Source: Clostridia bacterium (GTDB taxonomy: Bacteria > Bacillota > Clostridia > Oscillospirales > CAG-272). Taken from it: a stretch of 64,000 nt of DNA. Made by a program: the position numbers and the translations under genes. Position 1 is the stretch's first letter. Each line of letters starts with the position of its first letter. The notes under the pieces were generated by a model. That model saw only the letters and a list, made by a program, of their open reading frames with translations, was not told the DNA's origin and searched no databases. The DNA lies in NCBI GenBank assembly GCA_017462385.1, contig JAFTRE010000024.1, positions 48,925-112,924 on the forward strand, read 5' to 3'. Shown piece by piece: positions 27,645-38,147 of the stretch.

Positions 27645-28591
27645 TGTATATGGATAATATAGTTTTTTCACATAAGCCTGTTATGTTCGATGAGTGCATG
27701 ACGGCATTGAATATAAAACCTGATGGAGTATATGTTGATGGTACCGCTGGTGGCGGAGGACACTCGTCCGGGATCGCCTCAAGATTGACGAGTGGCAAAC
27801 TTATCGCCATAGATCAGGATGCCGCGGCTATCGAGGCGGCGGGCAAGCGACTTGCACCGTTCGGCGATCGCGTTACACTTGTGCGCGATAATTTCAAAAA
27901 TATAGCGTCAGTGTGTGCGTCTTTGGGCATAAATAAGATAGATGGCGTGTTGCTTGATCTCGGTGTGTCGTCATATCAGCTTGATACGGCGGAACGCGGA
28001 TTTTCATATAATGCGGATGCACCTCTTGACATGAGAATGGATAAACGGCGCGAGCTGAGCGCGTACCATGTGGTAAACGAATATAGCGCACAGGAGCTTA
28101 AACGCATTATTTATGATTACGGCGAAGAACGATTTGCGCCTAAAATTGCAGCGGCAATAGTAAATGCGCGTCAATCTCATAAAATCGAAACTACAGGAGA
28201 GCTTGCGGCTTTGATAAAATCGGCAATGCCGTCAAGCGCTAAGGAGGGCGGGCATCATCCTGCCAAAAGGACATTTCAGGCTATCAGAATCGAAGTTAAC
28301 GGCGAGCTGGATGTCATAGAACCCGCGATACGCGCTGCTGTGCACCTGTTAGCTCCCGGAGGGCGAGCGGCTGTGATCACCTTTCATTCACTGGAGGACA
28401 GAATAACCAAGCAGACATTTGCCTCGCTGGCTTCTGGATGTACTTGTCCGCGCGATTTTCCGGTCTGCGTGTGCGGTAAAGTGCCGAGCGTAAAGCTGGT
28501 CGGCAATAAACCTATTGTTGCATCGGCGGAAGAGCTTGAATGCAATCCGCGCGCACGTAGCGCAAAACTTAGAATAGCTGAAAAATTATAA
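27641..28591 (+). CDS. rsmH: 16S rRNA (cytosine1402-N4)-methyltransferase
   Basis: HKPVM..E, VDGTAGGGGHS and DLGVSSYQLD motifs. The start could be GTG 27641 or one of the nearby ATGs at 27644 and 27650. Confidence 0.92.
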   Translation: MMYMDNIVFSHKPVMFDECMTALNIKPDGVYVDGTAGGGGHSSGIASRLTSGKLIAIDQDAAAIEAAGKRLAPFGDRVTLVRDNFKNIASVCASLGINKIDGVLLDLGVSSYQLDTAERGFSYNADAPLDMRMDKRRELSAYHVVNEYSAQELKRIIYDYGEERFAPKIAAAIVNARQSHKIETTGELAALIKSAMPSSAKEGGHHPAKRTFQAIRIEVNGELDVIEPAIRAAVHLLAPGGRAAVITFHSLEDRITKQTFASLASGCTCPRDFPVCVCGKVPSVKLVGNKPIVASAEELECNPRARSAKLRIAEKL

Positions 28592-28604
28592 AAGGAGTTG
28601 GCAT

Positions 28605-29303
28605 ATGGATAGCACCGAGTATGGCTATAATACTTCATATAATCGTCGTCATTCGTATGCCGATTGGAGCCCGAACCCTGAAAAAAGACGCGCTCGAGCG
28701 GTTAGAAATAAAAAAGTTTATATGGGCGCTGAAATTATGCGCCGCCGTGAGCATGAACGAAAAAATCAGATAAAAAGAGCAGAAGTTCAACGCCCCAAAG
28801 AAGTATATACTGCCGAATCGCTGAAGAATCGCATTTGTTCACTCGTGTCTGGCGCGCGGGACAATGAATTTATAAATCGCAGTGTTGCGCGTGCTGAAGA
28901 ATGGCTTGAGGTGGATGACAAAGCACTTCGTATTGAAGGAGTGAAAAAAAAGATTCCCACAAGGCTGGTTGCAATAATAGTTGTTGTTGCAACATCGCTT
29001 ATCCTTGTGGTTTCGGGCGCTGTTATAAGTTCAAAAGCAGAGATGGAGCTATATGCCGCCGAAAACGAGCTTGAAGCGTTGCGTACACGGCAAATTGAGC
29101 TTGAGCGTGAGTTGGAATTGAAAAATGATCTTCGTTATATCGAGGAGATTGCGCGTAACGAGCTCGGAATGATAGATCGTGAGCACGGAGCAGTGCAATA
29201 TATTGACAGCGAACGGGATGACAAGGTTGAAATATATGAAAAAAGCATAAGCACCTCGAAAATTTCGGCGTTTCTCAATGCACTGGAGTTTTGGGGAGAA
29301 TAA
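28605..29303 (+). CDS. ftsL: Cell division protein FtsL-like (bitopic, coiled coil, DivIC-type C-terminus)
   Basis: Lies at the ftsL position in the dcw cluster. Single TM (LVAIIVVVATSLILVVSGAVISS), a coiled coil, and IEEIARNELGMIDRE. Has a long basic N-terminal region. Confidence 0.65.
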   Translation: MDSTEYGYNTSYNRRHSYADWSPNPEKRRARAVRNKKVYMGAEIMRRREHERKNQIKRAEVQRPKEVYTAESLKNRICSLVSGARDNEFINRSVARAEEWLEVDDKALRIEGVKKKIPTRLVAIIVVVATSLILVVSGAVISSKAEMELYAAENELEALRTRQIELERELELKNDLRYIEEIARNELGMIDREHGAVQYIDSERDDKVEIYEKSISTSKISAFLNALEFWGE

Positions 29304-29396
29304 AGTTCATAAATCGCGAATATAATGTAAAGACAAATTTAAAAATATTGATTTGTGAGCTGAAAACAATGCCAAAACGAAAGCGAGGGCGGTAAG

Positions 29397-31670
29397 TTGA
29401 CACCGAATTCAATATCGACGGGAGCGATACGGCGTTCCACTGTCATGGGACTTTTGGTGGCACTGATGCTGCTTGTAATGCTTGTTCGAATATTATTGAT
29501 TCAAACGGTGGATTTTGACAGATATCAATCAAAGGTTCTCGATCAGCTAACCACCGAATCGGTTATAAAGGCGGACAGAGGAAATATATACGATTCAAAT
29601 GGCGTGCTGTTGGCAACAAATATAACTACCTACCGTATTTTTATTTCACCCAAGGGCATTGTGAGCTTTGATAAAACCAACGGACTTGAAAGCGGTACGA
29701 CGGCACAGCACATTGCGCAAGGCTTGTCTGATATACTCGGCGAGGATTACGGCGTGACTTATGATGCGGTAATGGCGCACACAGAGCACACTCGCGTGCT
29801 TGACCGAACGATAGCCCGCAATGTTGATGAACAAACTACCGAAAAAATACGTATTTTTATTGACGAAAATAAGTATAACGATCAAATATATGCGGAAGCG
29901 ACCAGTACCCGCTATTATCCGCAGGGAACATTGGCAGCTCATGTGCTCGGATTTACCAGCAGCGACGGAACGGGACTTTACGGAATAGAGCTTGAATATG
30001 ACGAGCAGTTAAGCGGAACATCGGGAAAATACATAACCGCACGGGACTCCAGCGGAAATGAGATGCCCTATGAATATGAAAGCTATATTCCCGCGCAAAA
30101 CGGATATCACATAACATCTACTATCAATTCTTATGTTCAGTCCGTGCTTGAAAAACAGCTTGAAGCAACGCTGATAGAGTCAGGTGCCAACAACCGTGTG
30201 TGCGGTATCGTTATGGATGTTAATACGGGTGCTATACTGGCTATGGCGACCGCTCCCTCTTTTGACCTCAACGATCCGTGGACGCTTAATGAGTATTCGT
30301 TGAATGAATTGAACACATCGGCGTTTGAAGAGGGAAGTGAAGAATACTCCGCGCTAAAACGAGAGCTGTTGCTCGAAACGTGGTCAAACAAAGCAATAAC
30401 GGAAATATATATGCCCGGTTCCACTTTCAAAATATTGACGGTTTCCATGGCACTTGAAGAAAAGCTTGTCAATTTTACAGAGCATTTCTTCTGTTCAGGT
30501 GCTTTTTCGGTGGCAGGCAGAACTATACACTGCCATAAAGTGATCGGGCACGGTTCACTTACATTGGCGGGCGGACTTCAGCAGTCATGCAACCCGGTTA
30601 TGATGACATTGGGCGCCCGTATCGGTACCGATAAATTTTACAACTATGTAAAACAATTCGGTTATCTTGAAAAAACGGGCATTGATCTGCCGGGCGAGAG
30701 TGGAAGTATATTTTATCCCAAGTCAAGCTTCAGTGAGATAGACCTTGCAGTTTCATCCTTCGGACAGAATTTTAAAATTTCTGCCATACAGCATATTACC
30801 GCTATATCGGCCGTAGCCAATGGCGGGTATCTTGTAGAGCCTCATGTCGTTTCAAAAATCACCGATGATGACGGTAAAATAATATATCAGCACGGGACTA
30901 AAACAAAGCGCCAGGTCATAAGTGAGGAGATATGTCAGGCGGTATCCGAAATACTTGAAGAGGGTGTTTCGGGAGACGGCGGCGCGAAAAACGCATATGT
31001 CCCGGGGTACAGAGTTGCGGCAAAGACTGGAACGTCTGAGAAGATAGGCGATAATAAGGAGCTTAGAATAGGTTCTTGCGTGGCGTATGCTCCAGCGGAT
31101 GATCCGCAGGTGGCGGTCATAATCATTGTTGACGAACCGTCGATCGGATCGTTGTACGGAAGCTCGGTAGCGGCACCTTACGTTGGCAATGTTATGGCGG
31201 AAATACTTCCTTATCTCGGCGTTGAAGCCGTATATACTGACGAAGAGCTTGAACAAATGGCTGTCGATGTTCCGAACTTTTGCTACTGGAGTACAGCGCT
31301 GGCAAAGACCTATGCCGAGAATCTTGATATAAATGTTGAAATTCGCGGTGATGGAAATTATATTCTCAAGCAGTCGCCCGTTGCCGGTACTTCGATGGAG
31401 CAGTCGGACGGCAAGATCATTTTATATACTACCAATGAAGAAGTTGAAAAAACATATACAGTGCCGAATGTGGTAGGACGTACCGCCGCGGCGGCAAACA
31501 GTATGATAATAAATTCGGGCTTTAATATTAAGATCGAGGGTACACGCAATTATCTCAGCGGCGCGGGAGCTGTCGTGGTGTCGCAGACACCGGCGGCGGG
31601 AGAAGTCGCGGCGGAGGGAAGTGTTGTTACCGTTACCTTCAGATATGTAAACGAAGCAGACGATTATTGA
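29397..31670 (+). CDS. Class B penicillin-binding protein (FtsI/PBP2B/SpoVD-type) with two PASTA domains
   Basis: 757 aa. N-terminal TM; transpeptidase motifs STFK, SCN and KTGT; two C-terminal PASTA-like repeats beginning VPNF.. and VPNVVG.. GAGGGCGG RBS before TTG 29397. Confidence 0.88.
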   Translation: MTPNSISTGAIRRSTVMGLLVALMLLVMLVRILLIQTVDFDRYQSKVLDQLTTESVIKADRGNIYDSNGVLLATNITTYRIFISPKGIVSFDKTNGLESGTTAQHIAQGLSDILGEDYGVTYDAVMAHTEHTRVLDRTIARNVDEQTTEKIRIFIDENKYNDQIYAEATSTRYYPQGTLAAHVLGFTSSDGTGLYGIELEYDEQLSGTSGKYITARDSSGNEMPYEYESYIPAQNGYHITSTINSYVQSVLEKQLEATLIESGANNRVCGIVMDVNTGAILAMATAPSFDLNDPWTLNEYSLNELNTSAFEEGSEEYSALKRELLLETWSNKAITEIYMPGSTFKILTVSMALEEKLVNFTEHFFCSGAFSVAGRTIHCHKVIGHGSLTLAGGLQQSCNPVMMTLGARIGTDKFYNYVKQFGYLEKTGIDLPGESGSIFYPKSSFSEIDLAVSSFGQNFKISAIQHITAISAVANGGYLVEPHVVSKITDDDGKIIYQHGTKTKRQVISEEICQAVSEILEEGVSGDGGAKNAYVPGYRVAAKTGTSEKIGDNKELRIGSCVAYAPADDPQVAVIIIVDEPSIGSLYGSSVAAPYVGNVMAEILPYLGVEAVYTDEELEQMAVDVPNFCYWSTALAKTYAENLDINVEIRGDGNYILKQSPVAGTSMEQSDGKIILYTTNEEVEKTYTVPNVVGRTAAAANSMIINSGFNIKIEGTRNYLSGAGAVVVSQTPAAGEVAAEGSVVTVTFRYVNEADDY

Positions 31671-31725
31671 TAAAGGACATATAAGCCACCGGAATTTGAA
31701 ATTAAAAATTTCAAGGAGGCGTTAT

Positions 31726-33231
31726 ATGGAACTCAGAGCACTTTTGTCGGCGGCAGGCATCACCTGCCCCGACTATGACGGAACGATAAACATTACAAGC
31801 ATCGTTTCGGATTCCCGCCAGGCATGCGAGGGATGCCTCTATGTCTGTATTCGTGGACTTAATCATGATGGACATTTATTTATCCGCGAGGCGCTAAGCG
31901 CGGGCGCCTCGGCGATTGTTGTAGAGGAGGGCGCGCAAGCCGGGGGCTATGATGCCGCAAGAGCCATAATAACTGTACCGAAAACGAGACAGTCGCTTGC
32001 CTGCCTGTTTGACGCTTGGTACGGTTCCCCCTCCACTAAAATGAAATTTATCGCTGTGACGGGGACTAACGGAAAGACCTCGGTCACATGCATTTTAAAG
32101 AAAATATTTGAATCGGCGCTGTGTCGCTGTGGGCTTATCGGAACGGTCAGCTGTCTGTCGATGGACAGGCGGCTGTTTTCTGACAATAGAGATACGCTTG
32201 CCAACATGACTACTCCAGATCCCGAGCAGCTGTATGAAATGCTTGCCGAGATGGCAAACGATGGAGTTGAATATGTATTTATTGAAGCAACGTCGCATGC
32301 GCTGAAGCTGGATAAACTGGCACCGCTTCATTTTGCGGCGGCTATATTTACAAATCTTACACCCGAGCACTTGGATTTCCACGGCAGTATGGAAAACTAC
32401 CTTGCTGCAAAAAAGAAACTTTTTGCCATGTCAGATATGGCGGTTATAAACATGGACTCCGAATATTATAATGATATTGCCGCATCGTGTGTGGGGCGTG
32501 TGATAAGCTGTTCAAGCGCGGGGCGCAGTGCGGACTATCGCGCGATAGGCGTTTTGGATGACGGTATTGACGGCGTCAGCTATACTTTGAGCTCGGCGCG
32601 AGCTGTTGTCAGAATAAAAAGCCACATTCCCGGTAGCTTTAATGTGATGAACACGCTTCAAGCGGCGGCATGTGCGGCAGAGCTTGGTATACGCCCGGTC
32701 GTTATCGCGCAGGCGATAGCGGCAATGAGCGGTATTGACGGAAGACTCGAAAAAGTTAAGCTTGGATACGGTGCGGATTTTTCGGTTTTTATAGACTACG
32801 CACATACACCGGATGCACTTGAAAATCTTTTGAAATCGGTGCGCTCATTCGGTCGCCCCGATCAACGTATTACGGTGCTTTTCGGTTGCGGCGGAGACAG
32901 AGACAAAAGTAAACGTCCGATAATGGGTGAGATAGCCACCAGACTTGCCGATCTTACCGTGATCACATCGGATAATTGCCGAAACGAAGAACCGCAGGCT
33001 ATCATTGATGATATACTTGCGGGGATCACGGGCAGAAGTAATTATAAAGTAATAGCTGACAGAAAACGTGCCATTGAATATGTTATTGCAAATGCCGATA
33101 AGGGAGATATAATAATACTTGCCGGAAAAGGGCACGAGGCGTACGAAATAAACCGCTCCGGAAGAATGCCCTTTTCGGAAAAACAGATAGTTGCACAAGC
33201 GATGCAAAAAAGGAAGGATACGAGCAAATAA
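31726..33231 (+). CDS. murE: UDP-N-acetylmuramoyl-L-alanyl-D-glutamate--2,6-diaminopimelate ligase
   Basis: VTGTNGKTS P-loop, a DYAHTPDAL motif and a DNCRNE (DNPR-like) motif. AAGGAGG RBS before ATG 31726. Confidence 0.9.
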   Translation: MELRALLSAAGITCPDYDGTINITSIVSDSRQACEGCLYVCIRGLNHDGHLFIREALSAGASAIVVEEGAQAGGYDAARAIITVPKTRQSLACLFDAWYGSPSTKMKFIAVTGTNGKTSVTCILKKIFESALCRCGLIGTVSCLSMDRRLFSDNRDTLANMTTPDPEQLYEMLAEMANDGVEYVFIEATSHALKLDKLAPLHFAAAIFTNLTPEHLDFHGSMENYLAAKKKLFAMSDMAVINMDSEYYNDIAASCVGRVISCSSAGRSADYRAIGVLDDGIDGVSYTLSSARAVVRIKSHIPGSFNVMNTLQAAACAAELGIRPVVIAQAIAAMSGIDGRLEKVKLGYGADFSVFIDYAHTPDALENLLKSVRSFGRPDQRITVLFGCGGDRDKSKRPIMGEIATRLADLTVITSDNCRNEEPQAIIDDILAGITGRSNYKVIADRKRAIEYVIANADKGDIIILAGKGHEAYEINRSGRMPFSEKQIVAQAMQKRKDTSK

Positions 33232-33252
33232 TAAAGTGAACGGAGGATATTT

Positions 33253-34674
33253 ATGAAGATAAAGGTGGGGGCGGGCAGATTGACTATGGGCGATATCTCC
33301 TCATATGTTGCGGGGACGCTTATAGGATCTGCAGATGCAGAATTTGAATATATATGTACCGATTCGAGAGAAGCGGGAGAAGATACACTTTTTGTTGCTT
33401 TTCGCGGAGAGCGTGTTGATGGGCATGATTATATATCCTCAGCATATGATATGGGATGCCGTTGTTTTTTGGCAGAAAAATCCGACAGGCTACCCTGTGG
33501 GGCGAGCGCGTTGATAGTGCAGGACAGCACTAAAGCTCTGATCGATATATCGGCGAGATATAAGTCACGTGTGGACTGTATTCGCGTCGGCATAACAGGA
33601 AGTGTAGGAAAAACCACTACAAAAGAGTTTGTTGCGGCAGTTGCGGCGCAGTGCGGACGAACGCATAAAACATTTGGTAACTATAACAGCACTATAGGTA
33701 TGCCGCTTACGCTTATGGAAACGCCTATGCGTACAAGAATATCGGTGCTTGAAATGGCAATGAGTGGATTGGGTGAGATAAGCATGATGTCGCGCGCGGC
33801 ATGCCCCGATATAGCGATCATAACCAATATTGGAAGCTCACATATGGAGATGCTCGGTTCGCGAGAAAATATTCGCCGCGCCAAGCTTGAAATAATTGAT
33901 GGTCTTGCTCCCGACGGTTATTTGATCATAAACGGCGATGACGATATGCTTGCAAATGTGCAATATCCCGTTGAGCGAGTTATACGTGTGGGAATAACCG
34001 ATAATACGGCGGATTATTTTGCCTTTAATATAAAAACCGAAGGAAATTACACCATTTTTGATATAAAATGTCGCGACAGAGTTATAAGTAACATAAAAAT
34101 TCCCGTAATTGGGGAACATAATGTTTATGCAGCCTTGATTGCGGCGGCAGTTGGTGGTATAATTGGAGTAGACGAAGCCGGGTTGCGTGAAGGACTCGGG
34201 TCTTATATCAGTGTCGGTTTGCGCCAAAATATTTTACACATAGGAAATATGACTGTTATTGAGGATTGCTACAATGCAAGCCCCGAATCTATGCGTGCCG
34301 CCATTAACGTGCTGTGTACATTGGGGCAGTCGGGCGGACGGACACTGGCGCTGCTCGGAGATATGAAAGAACTCGGAAAGGATTCCGAACGTTTTCACAG
34401 AGAGGTCGGAAAGCTGATAGCTGAGCGCGGTGTGGATATGCTGTTTACTATCGGAGACTTGGCGCGGCATGTTGCCGCAGGCGCGTTGGAAAACGGTATG
34501 AGCGAGGAATGTGTTTTTGTCAATGTTGACGAGAATACTTATCCTGCGACTGCATGGGAAATTATGAAAGTGTCAAAGCCCGGTGATGTATTGCTTGTTA
34601 AAGCGAGCCGAGCTATAAAAGCCGAGCGCGTGATCGAATGCTTGCGTACACTTTGTAATACGGAAAAAAATTAA
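33253..34674 (+). CDS. murF: UDP-N-acetylmuramoyl-tripeptide--D-alanyl-D-alanine ligase
   Basis: ITGSVGKTTTKE P-loop, Mur ligase layout, and position after murE. Confidence 0.9.
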   Translation: MKIKVGAGRLTMGDISSYVAGTLIGSADAEFEYICTDSREAGEDTLFVAFRGERVDGHDYISSAYDMGCRCFLAEKSDRLPCGASALIVQDSTKALIDISARYKSRVDCIRVGITGSVGKTTTKEFVAAVAAQCGRTHKTFGNYNSTIGMPLTLMETPMRTRISVLEMAMSGLGEISMMSRAACPDIAIITNIGSSHMEMLGSRENIRRAKLEIIDGLAPDGYLIINGDDDMLANVQYPVERVIRVGITDNTADYFAFNIKTEGNYTIFDIKCRDRVISNIKIPVIGEHNVYAALIAAAVGGIIGVDEAGLREGLGSYISVGLRQNILHIGNMTVIEDCYNASPESMRAAINVLCTLGQSGGRTLALLGDMKELGKDSERFHREVGKLIAERGVDMLFTIGDLARHVAAGALENGMSEECVFVNVDENTYPATAWEIMKVSKPGDVLLVKASRAIKAERVIECLRTLCNTEKN

Positions 34675-34707
34675 TTATTTACGACATTATCAAAGGCGGA
34701 ATTATCA

Positions 34708-35706
34708 ATGAATCATCAGATGTTGATCGAGTTTGTTTTGACATTGGTCGGGGTGTTTGTACTGACCGTTATCGCGGCACGTATAATCATACCTATACTT
34801 AAAAGTCATAAAATGGGGCAGGTAATACTTGATATAGGTCCTCGTTGGCATAAAAGCAAAGAGGGAACTCCTACTATGGGCGGTATATGCTTTATTTTGG
34901 CCATGCTCGTTGCGTTGGCTGTGGTTGCGGTATACACCGCATTTTCAGGAGATACATCGGAGCTTATACCGCTGGCTCTTACGCTTTGCCTTGCTGTTTT
35001 TAACGGAATAATCGGATTTGTTGATGATTACTGCAAGCTGGTTAAAAAGAAAAACGAGGGACTCAAGGCATATCAAAAGTTTTTGCTTCAGCTTGTTGCG
35101 GCAGGGGCTTACATTTATATAATGATAGTCACGGGGCATATCAACACTGCACTTCACATTCCGTTTACCGACATCTCGCTCGAACTTGGATGGGGCTATT
35201 ATGTCCTTGCAATACTGATAATTACCGGAGTGGTCAACAGCGTAAATCTTACAGACGGTATTGACGGCTTGGCAAGCAGTGTTGTTTTTGTGATAGGTGC
35301 GTTTTTTGCAGTTGTTGCATTTTATCTGCATTTTCCGGCTCTCTCTCTTGCCTCGGCATCGCTTATTGGCGGAACATTGGGATTTCTTGTATACAATTTT
35401 CATCCAGCACGCGTCTTTATGGGAGATACAGGGTCATTGTTTCTCGGCGGTATGATAGCCGGCATGGCATTTATGCTTGATGAACCCTTGATAATTATAC
35501 TTGCAGGCATTGTTTGCATAATGGAAACCTTGTCTGTGATGCTTCAGGTCGGGTATTTTAAACTGACACACGGTAAAAGATTGTTTAAAATGGCACCGCT
35601 TCATCATCATTTCGAAAAGTGCGGTTGGAGCGAAAATAAAGTAGTTCTTATATTTAGCTTGATAACCCTTGTCGGCTGTGTGCTGGCGTGGTTTGGATTG
35701 TATTAA
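34708..35706 (+). CDS. mraY: Phospho-N-acetylmuramoyl-pentapeptide transferase
   Basis: KxxTPTMGG, NLTDGIDGLA, and HHHFE motifs. Confidence 0.93.
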   Translation: MNHQMLIEFVLTLVGVFVLTVIAARIIIPILKSHKMGQVILDIGPRWHKSKEGTPTMGGICFILAMLVALAVVAVYTAFSGDTSELIPLALTLCLAVFNGIIGFVDDYCKLVKKKNEGLKAYQKFLLQLVAAGAYIYIMIVTGHINTALHIPFTDISLELGWGYYVLAILIITGVVNSVNLTDGIDGLASSVVFVIGAFFAVVAFYLHFPALSLASASLIGGTLGFLVYNFHPARVFMGDTGSLFLGGMIAGMAFMLDEPLIIILAGIVCIMETLSVMLQVGYFKLTHGKRLFKMAPLHHHFEKCGWSENKVVLIFSLITLVGCVLAWFGLY

Positions 35707-35735
35707 TTATTATTGTTTAGCGGGGAGGCGTGAGC

Positions 35736-37004
35736 ATGGAATCGGAACAACGCAATAAAAACGGCAGTATGCGCGCAGCCCACGGCCTTGCATCGCGTCT
35801 GCGCAAAAAAAGATTTACAAAGAATGCTGAAAACACTGCCGAACAGTCAAGAACATTTGAGGACACAGCGGAACCTGCTTTGATGGTGCGGGGAAGTATA
35901 GATATGTGGTTTATGCTGATAGTGCTGGCGCTTTTGTGCTTCGGCGCGGTCATGTCCTTCAGCGCCAGCGCAATATATGCCAAGCAGCATTATGGCGAAA
36001 GTACATATTTTTTATGGAGATATATACTTTTTGCTGTTATTGCCATCATAGGAACGGTACCTTTCGTGATGTTTTCGCGCCCGTGGTTTTGGAGGCTTTT
36101 TGGGGTATGCGCCTATGCGGGATCGGTGGTGCTGCTGCTGTTAGTGCTTTTGATAGGCAGTGAGGGCGGCGGTGCACAGCGCTGGATACAGATAGGCCCG
36201 ATAACAATACAGCCGTCAGAGGTGGCTAAAATGGCGGTAGTACTGACATTGGCGTTATATATGAGCAAATACGAAAAAAGCATAAAATCTGATCTTCCCG
36301 GAAGCCACAGTTTTCGTTACGGAGTTATATATCCTGCGCTCATATTTGGCTTTATATGCGGTCTGGTCGCGCTTGAAAAGCATATATCCGGTCTTATGAT
36401 AATAGGCATGATAGGTATTGCTGTCATGTTCATGGGAGGAACTCGCCTTAAATATATCTTTTTGATAATCGGCGCTATAGGATTGGCGGGCGTTTTGCTT
36501 ATTTTAGTGTCGGACTATGCTCAAGAGCGTGTTACTACCTGGCTTTTCCTTGAAAAAGCAGATCCGCTGGGTTCAGCATGGCAGACCTGGCAAGGGCTTT
36601 ATGCAATAGGCTCGGGCGGCCTTTTCGGTAAGGGACTCGGAAACAGCTTGCAAAAGTTCGGATATGTTTCGGAGCCTCAAAATGATTTTATTTTTACAAT
36701 AATCTGTGAGGAGCTTGGATTTTTCGGAGCATTGCTGGTGGTGTCGCTGTTTGGACTGTTGGTGTGGCGCGGATTTAAGATCGCCGCCAAAGCTCCGGAT
36801 AGATTCAGCTCGCTTGTGGTGTACGGTTTGACATTTAAAGTGGCGCTTCAAGCTATACTAAATATTGCGGTTGTTACAAATTCCATGCCAAATACCGGCG
36901 TTTCGTTGCCGTTTTTCAGCTCCGGCGGCACGTCGTTGGCCGTTCAAATATTTGAAATGGGCATAATACTTTCTATTTCACGTTACAGTATACAAAAAAG
37001 ATAA
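35736..37004 (+). CDS. ftsW: SEDS-family peptidoglycan glycosyltransferase FtsW/SpoVE
   Basis: Polytopic protein with the IQPSEVAK motif and a C-terminal NTGVSLPFFSSGGTS motif. GGAGG RBS 7 nt before ATG 35736 (GTG 35730 is also possible). Confidence 0.88.
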   Translation: MESEQRNKNGSMRAAHGLASRLRKKRFTKNAENTAEQSRTFEDTAEPALMVRGSIDMWFMLIVLALLCFGAVMSFSASAIYAKQHYGESTYFLWRYILFAVIAIIGTVPFVMFSRPWFWRLFGVCAYAGSVVLLLLVLLIGSEGGGAQRWIQIGPITIQPSEVAKMAVVLTLALYMSKYEKSIKSDLPGSHSFRYGVIYPALIFGFICGLVALEKHISGLMIIGMIGIAVMFMGGTRLKYIFLIIGAIGLAGVLLILVSDYAQERVTTWLFLEKADPLGSAWQTWQGLYAIGSGGLFGKGLGNSLQKFGYVSEPQNDFIFTIICEELGFFGALLVVSLFGLLVWRGFKIAAKAPDRFSSLVVYGLTFKVALQAILNIAVVTNSMPNTGVSLPFFSSGGTSLAVQIFEMGIILSISRYSIQKR

Positions 37005-37024
37005 GGATAAAGGAGAGAAGCTCC

Positions 37025-38146
37025 ATGAGAGTTTTGATGAGCGGCGGAGGCACCGGAGGACATATCAATCCGGCGCTGGCGATAGCAGATACTATAAAAC
37101 AAAATGACCCGACAGCTGAGATCGCATTTGTCGGTACAAAACACGGCAAGGAGACAGAGCTTGTCCCTCGCGCAGGATATCCGCTCCATTTTGTTGAGAT
37201 ACAGGGAATATCGCGTTCGCTGTCTCCCCAAAACATAAAAACTGCGTGGTACATATTGACAGCGCCCCGAAAAGCCGCTAAACTGATAGAGCAATTCAAG
37301 CCCGATATTGTTATAGGAACGGGAGGATACGCCTGCTGGCCGACACTTGCGGCGGCGGCAAAAAAGGGAATACCAACTATGGTACATGAGTCCAATGCCA
37401 TTCCCGGGCTCGCGGTAAGAAAGCTGCAGGGGCAGGTTGACAGAATACTTATCAATTTTGAGCAAACTGCCGAAAAGCTACGTGCACCCCGCGAAAAGAT
37501 AATCAGAGTCGGTAATCCGTTACGCGGAGGATTTGGCGTTGAGACATCACGCTCCGCAAAATGCAAGCTGGGTATAGAACACTATAAGTATGTTGTGATA
37601 TGCTTCGGCGGCAGTCTTGGCGCTGCGACGCTTAACGAGAGTGCAATGAAATTTATGCCGGTATGTGCCGCAGAGCATCCCGAAACGTTGTATGTACACG
37701 CCGCAGGAGTACGTTATTACGAAAAAATGAAAGCAGAGTTCGATGCGGCCGGACTTGATAAGTATGGCAACATTAAGCTGTTGGACTACATCCATGACAT
37801 GCCGCTGTGGATGGCGGCGGCCGATGTGGTTATCGCCCGCGCGGGCGCTATGACTATCTCGGAGCTGTCGCTCATGCATAAAGCGTGTATACTGATACCG
37901 TCGCCAAATGTAGTCGATGATCATCAGTACAAAAATGCAAAGGTGTTAGCGGACAAAAACGCCGCTGTGCTTATACGAGAAAACGATCTTACTGGTGATA
38001 GATACAACCGTGAGATACTTTCATTGCTTTCCGATGACAAAAAACGCTCAACATTGAGTGAAAATATCGGTCAATTTGCGGACCGTGATGCCAATCGGTT
38101 AATATATGAAGAAACATTAAGGCTTATAAAAGAAAAAGGTTGTTAA
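37025..38146 (+). CDS. murG: UDP-N-acetylglucosamine--N-acetylmuramyl-(pentapeptide) pyrophosphoryl-undecaprenol GlcNAc transferase
   Basis: SGGGTGGHINPALA N-terminus, GTGGY motif, ARAGAMTISE motif. Confidence 0.92.
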   Translation: MRVLMSGGGTGGHINPALAIADTIKQNDPTAEIAFVGTKHGKETELVPRAGYPLHFVEIQGISRSLSPQNIKTAWYILTAPRKAAKLIEQFKPDIVIGTGGYACWPTLAAAAKKGIPTMVHESNAIPGLAVRKLQGQVDRILINFEQTAEKLRAPREKIIRVGNPLRGGFGVETSRSAKCKLGIEHYKYVVICFGGSLGAATLNESAMKFMPVCAAEHPETLYVHAAGVRYYEKMKAEFDAAGLDKYGNIKLLDYIHDMPLWMAAADVVIARAGAMTISELSLMHKACILIPSPNVVDDHQYKNAKVLADKNAAVLIRENDLTGDRYNREILSLLSDDKKRSTLSENIGQFADRDANRLIYEETLRLIKEKGC

Positions 38147-38147
38147 A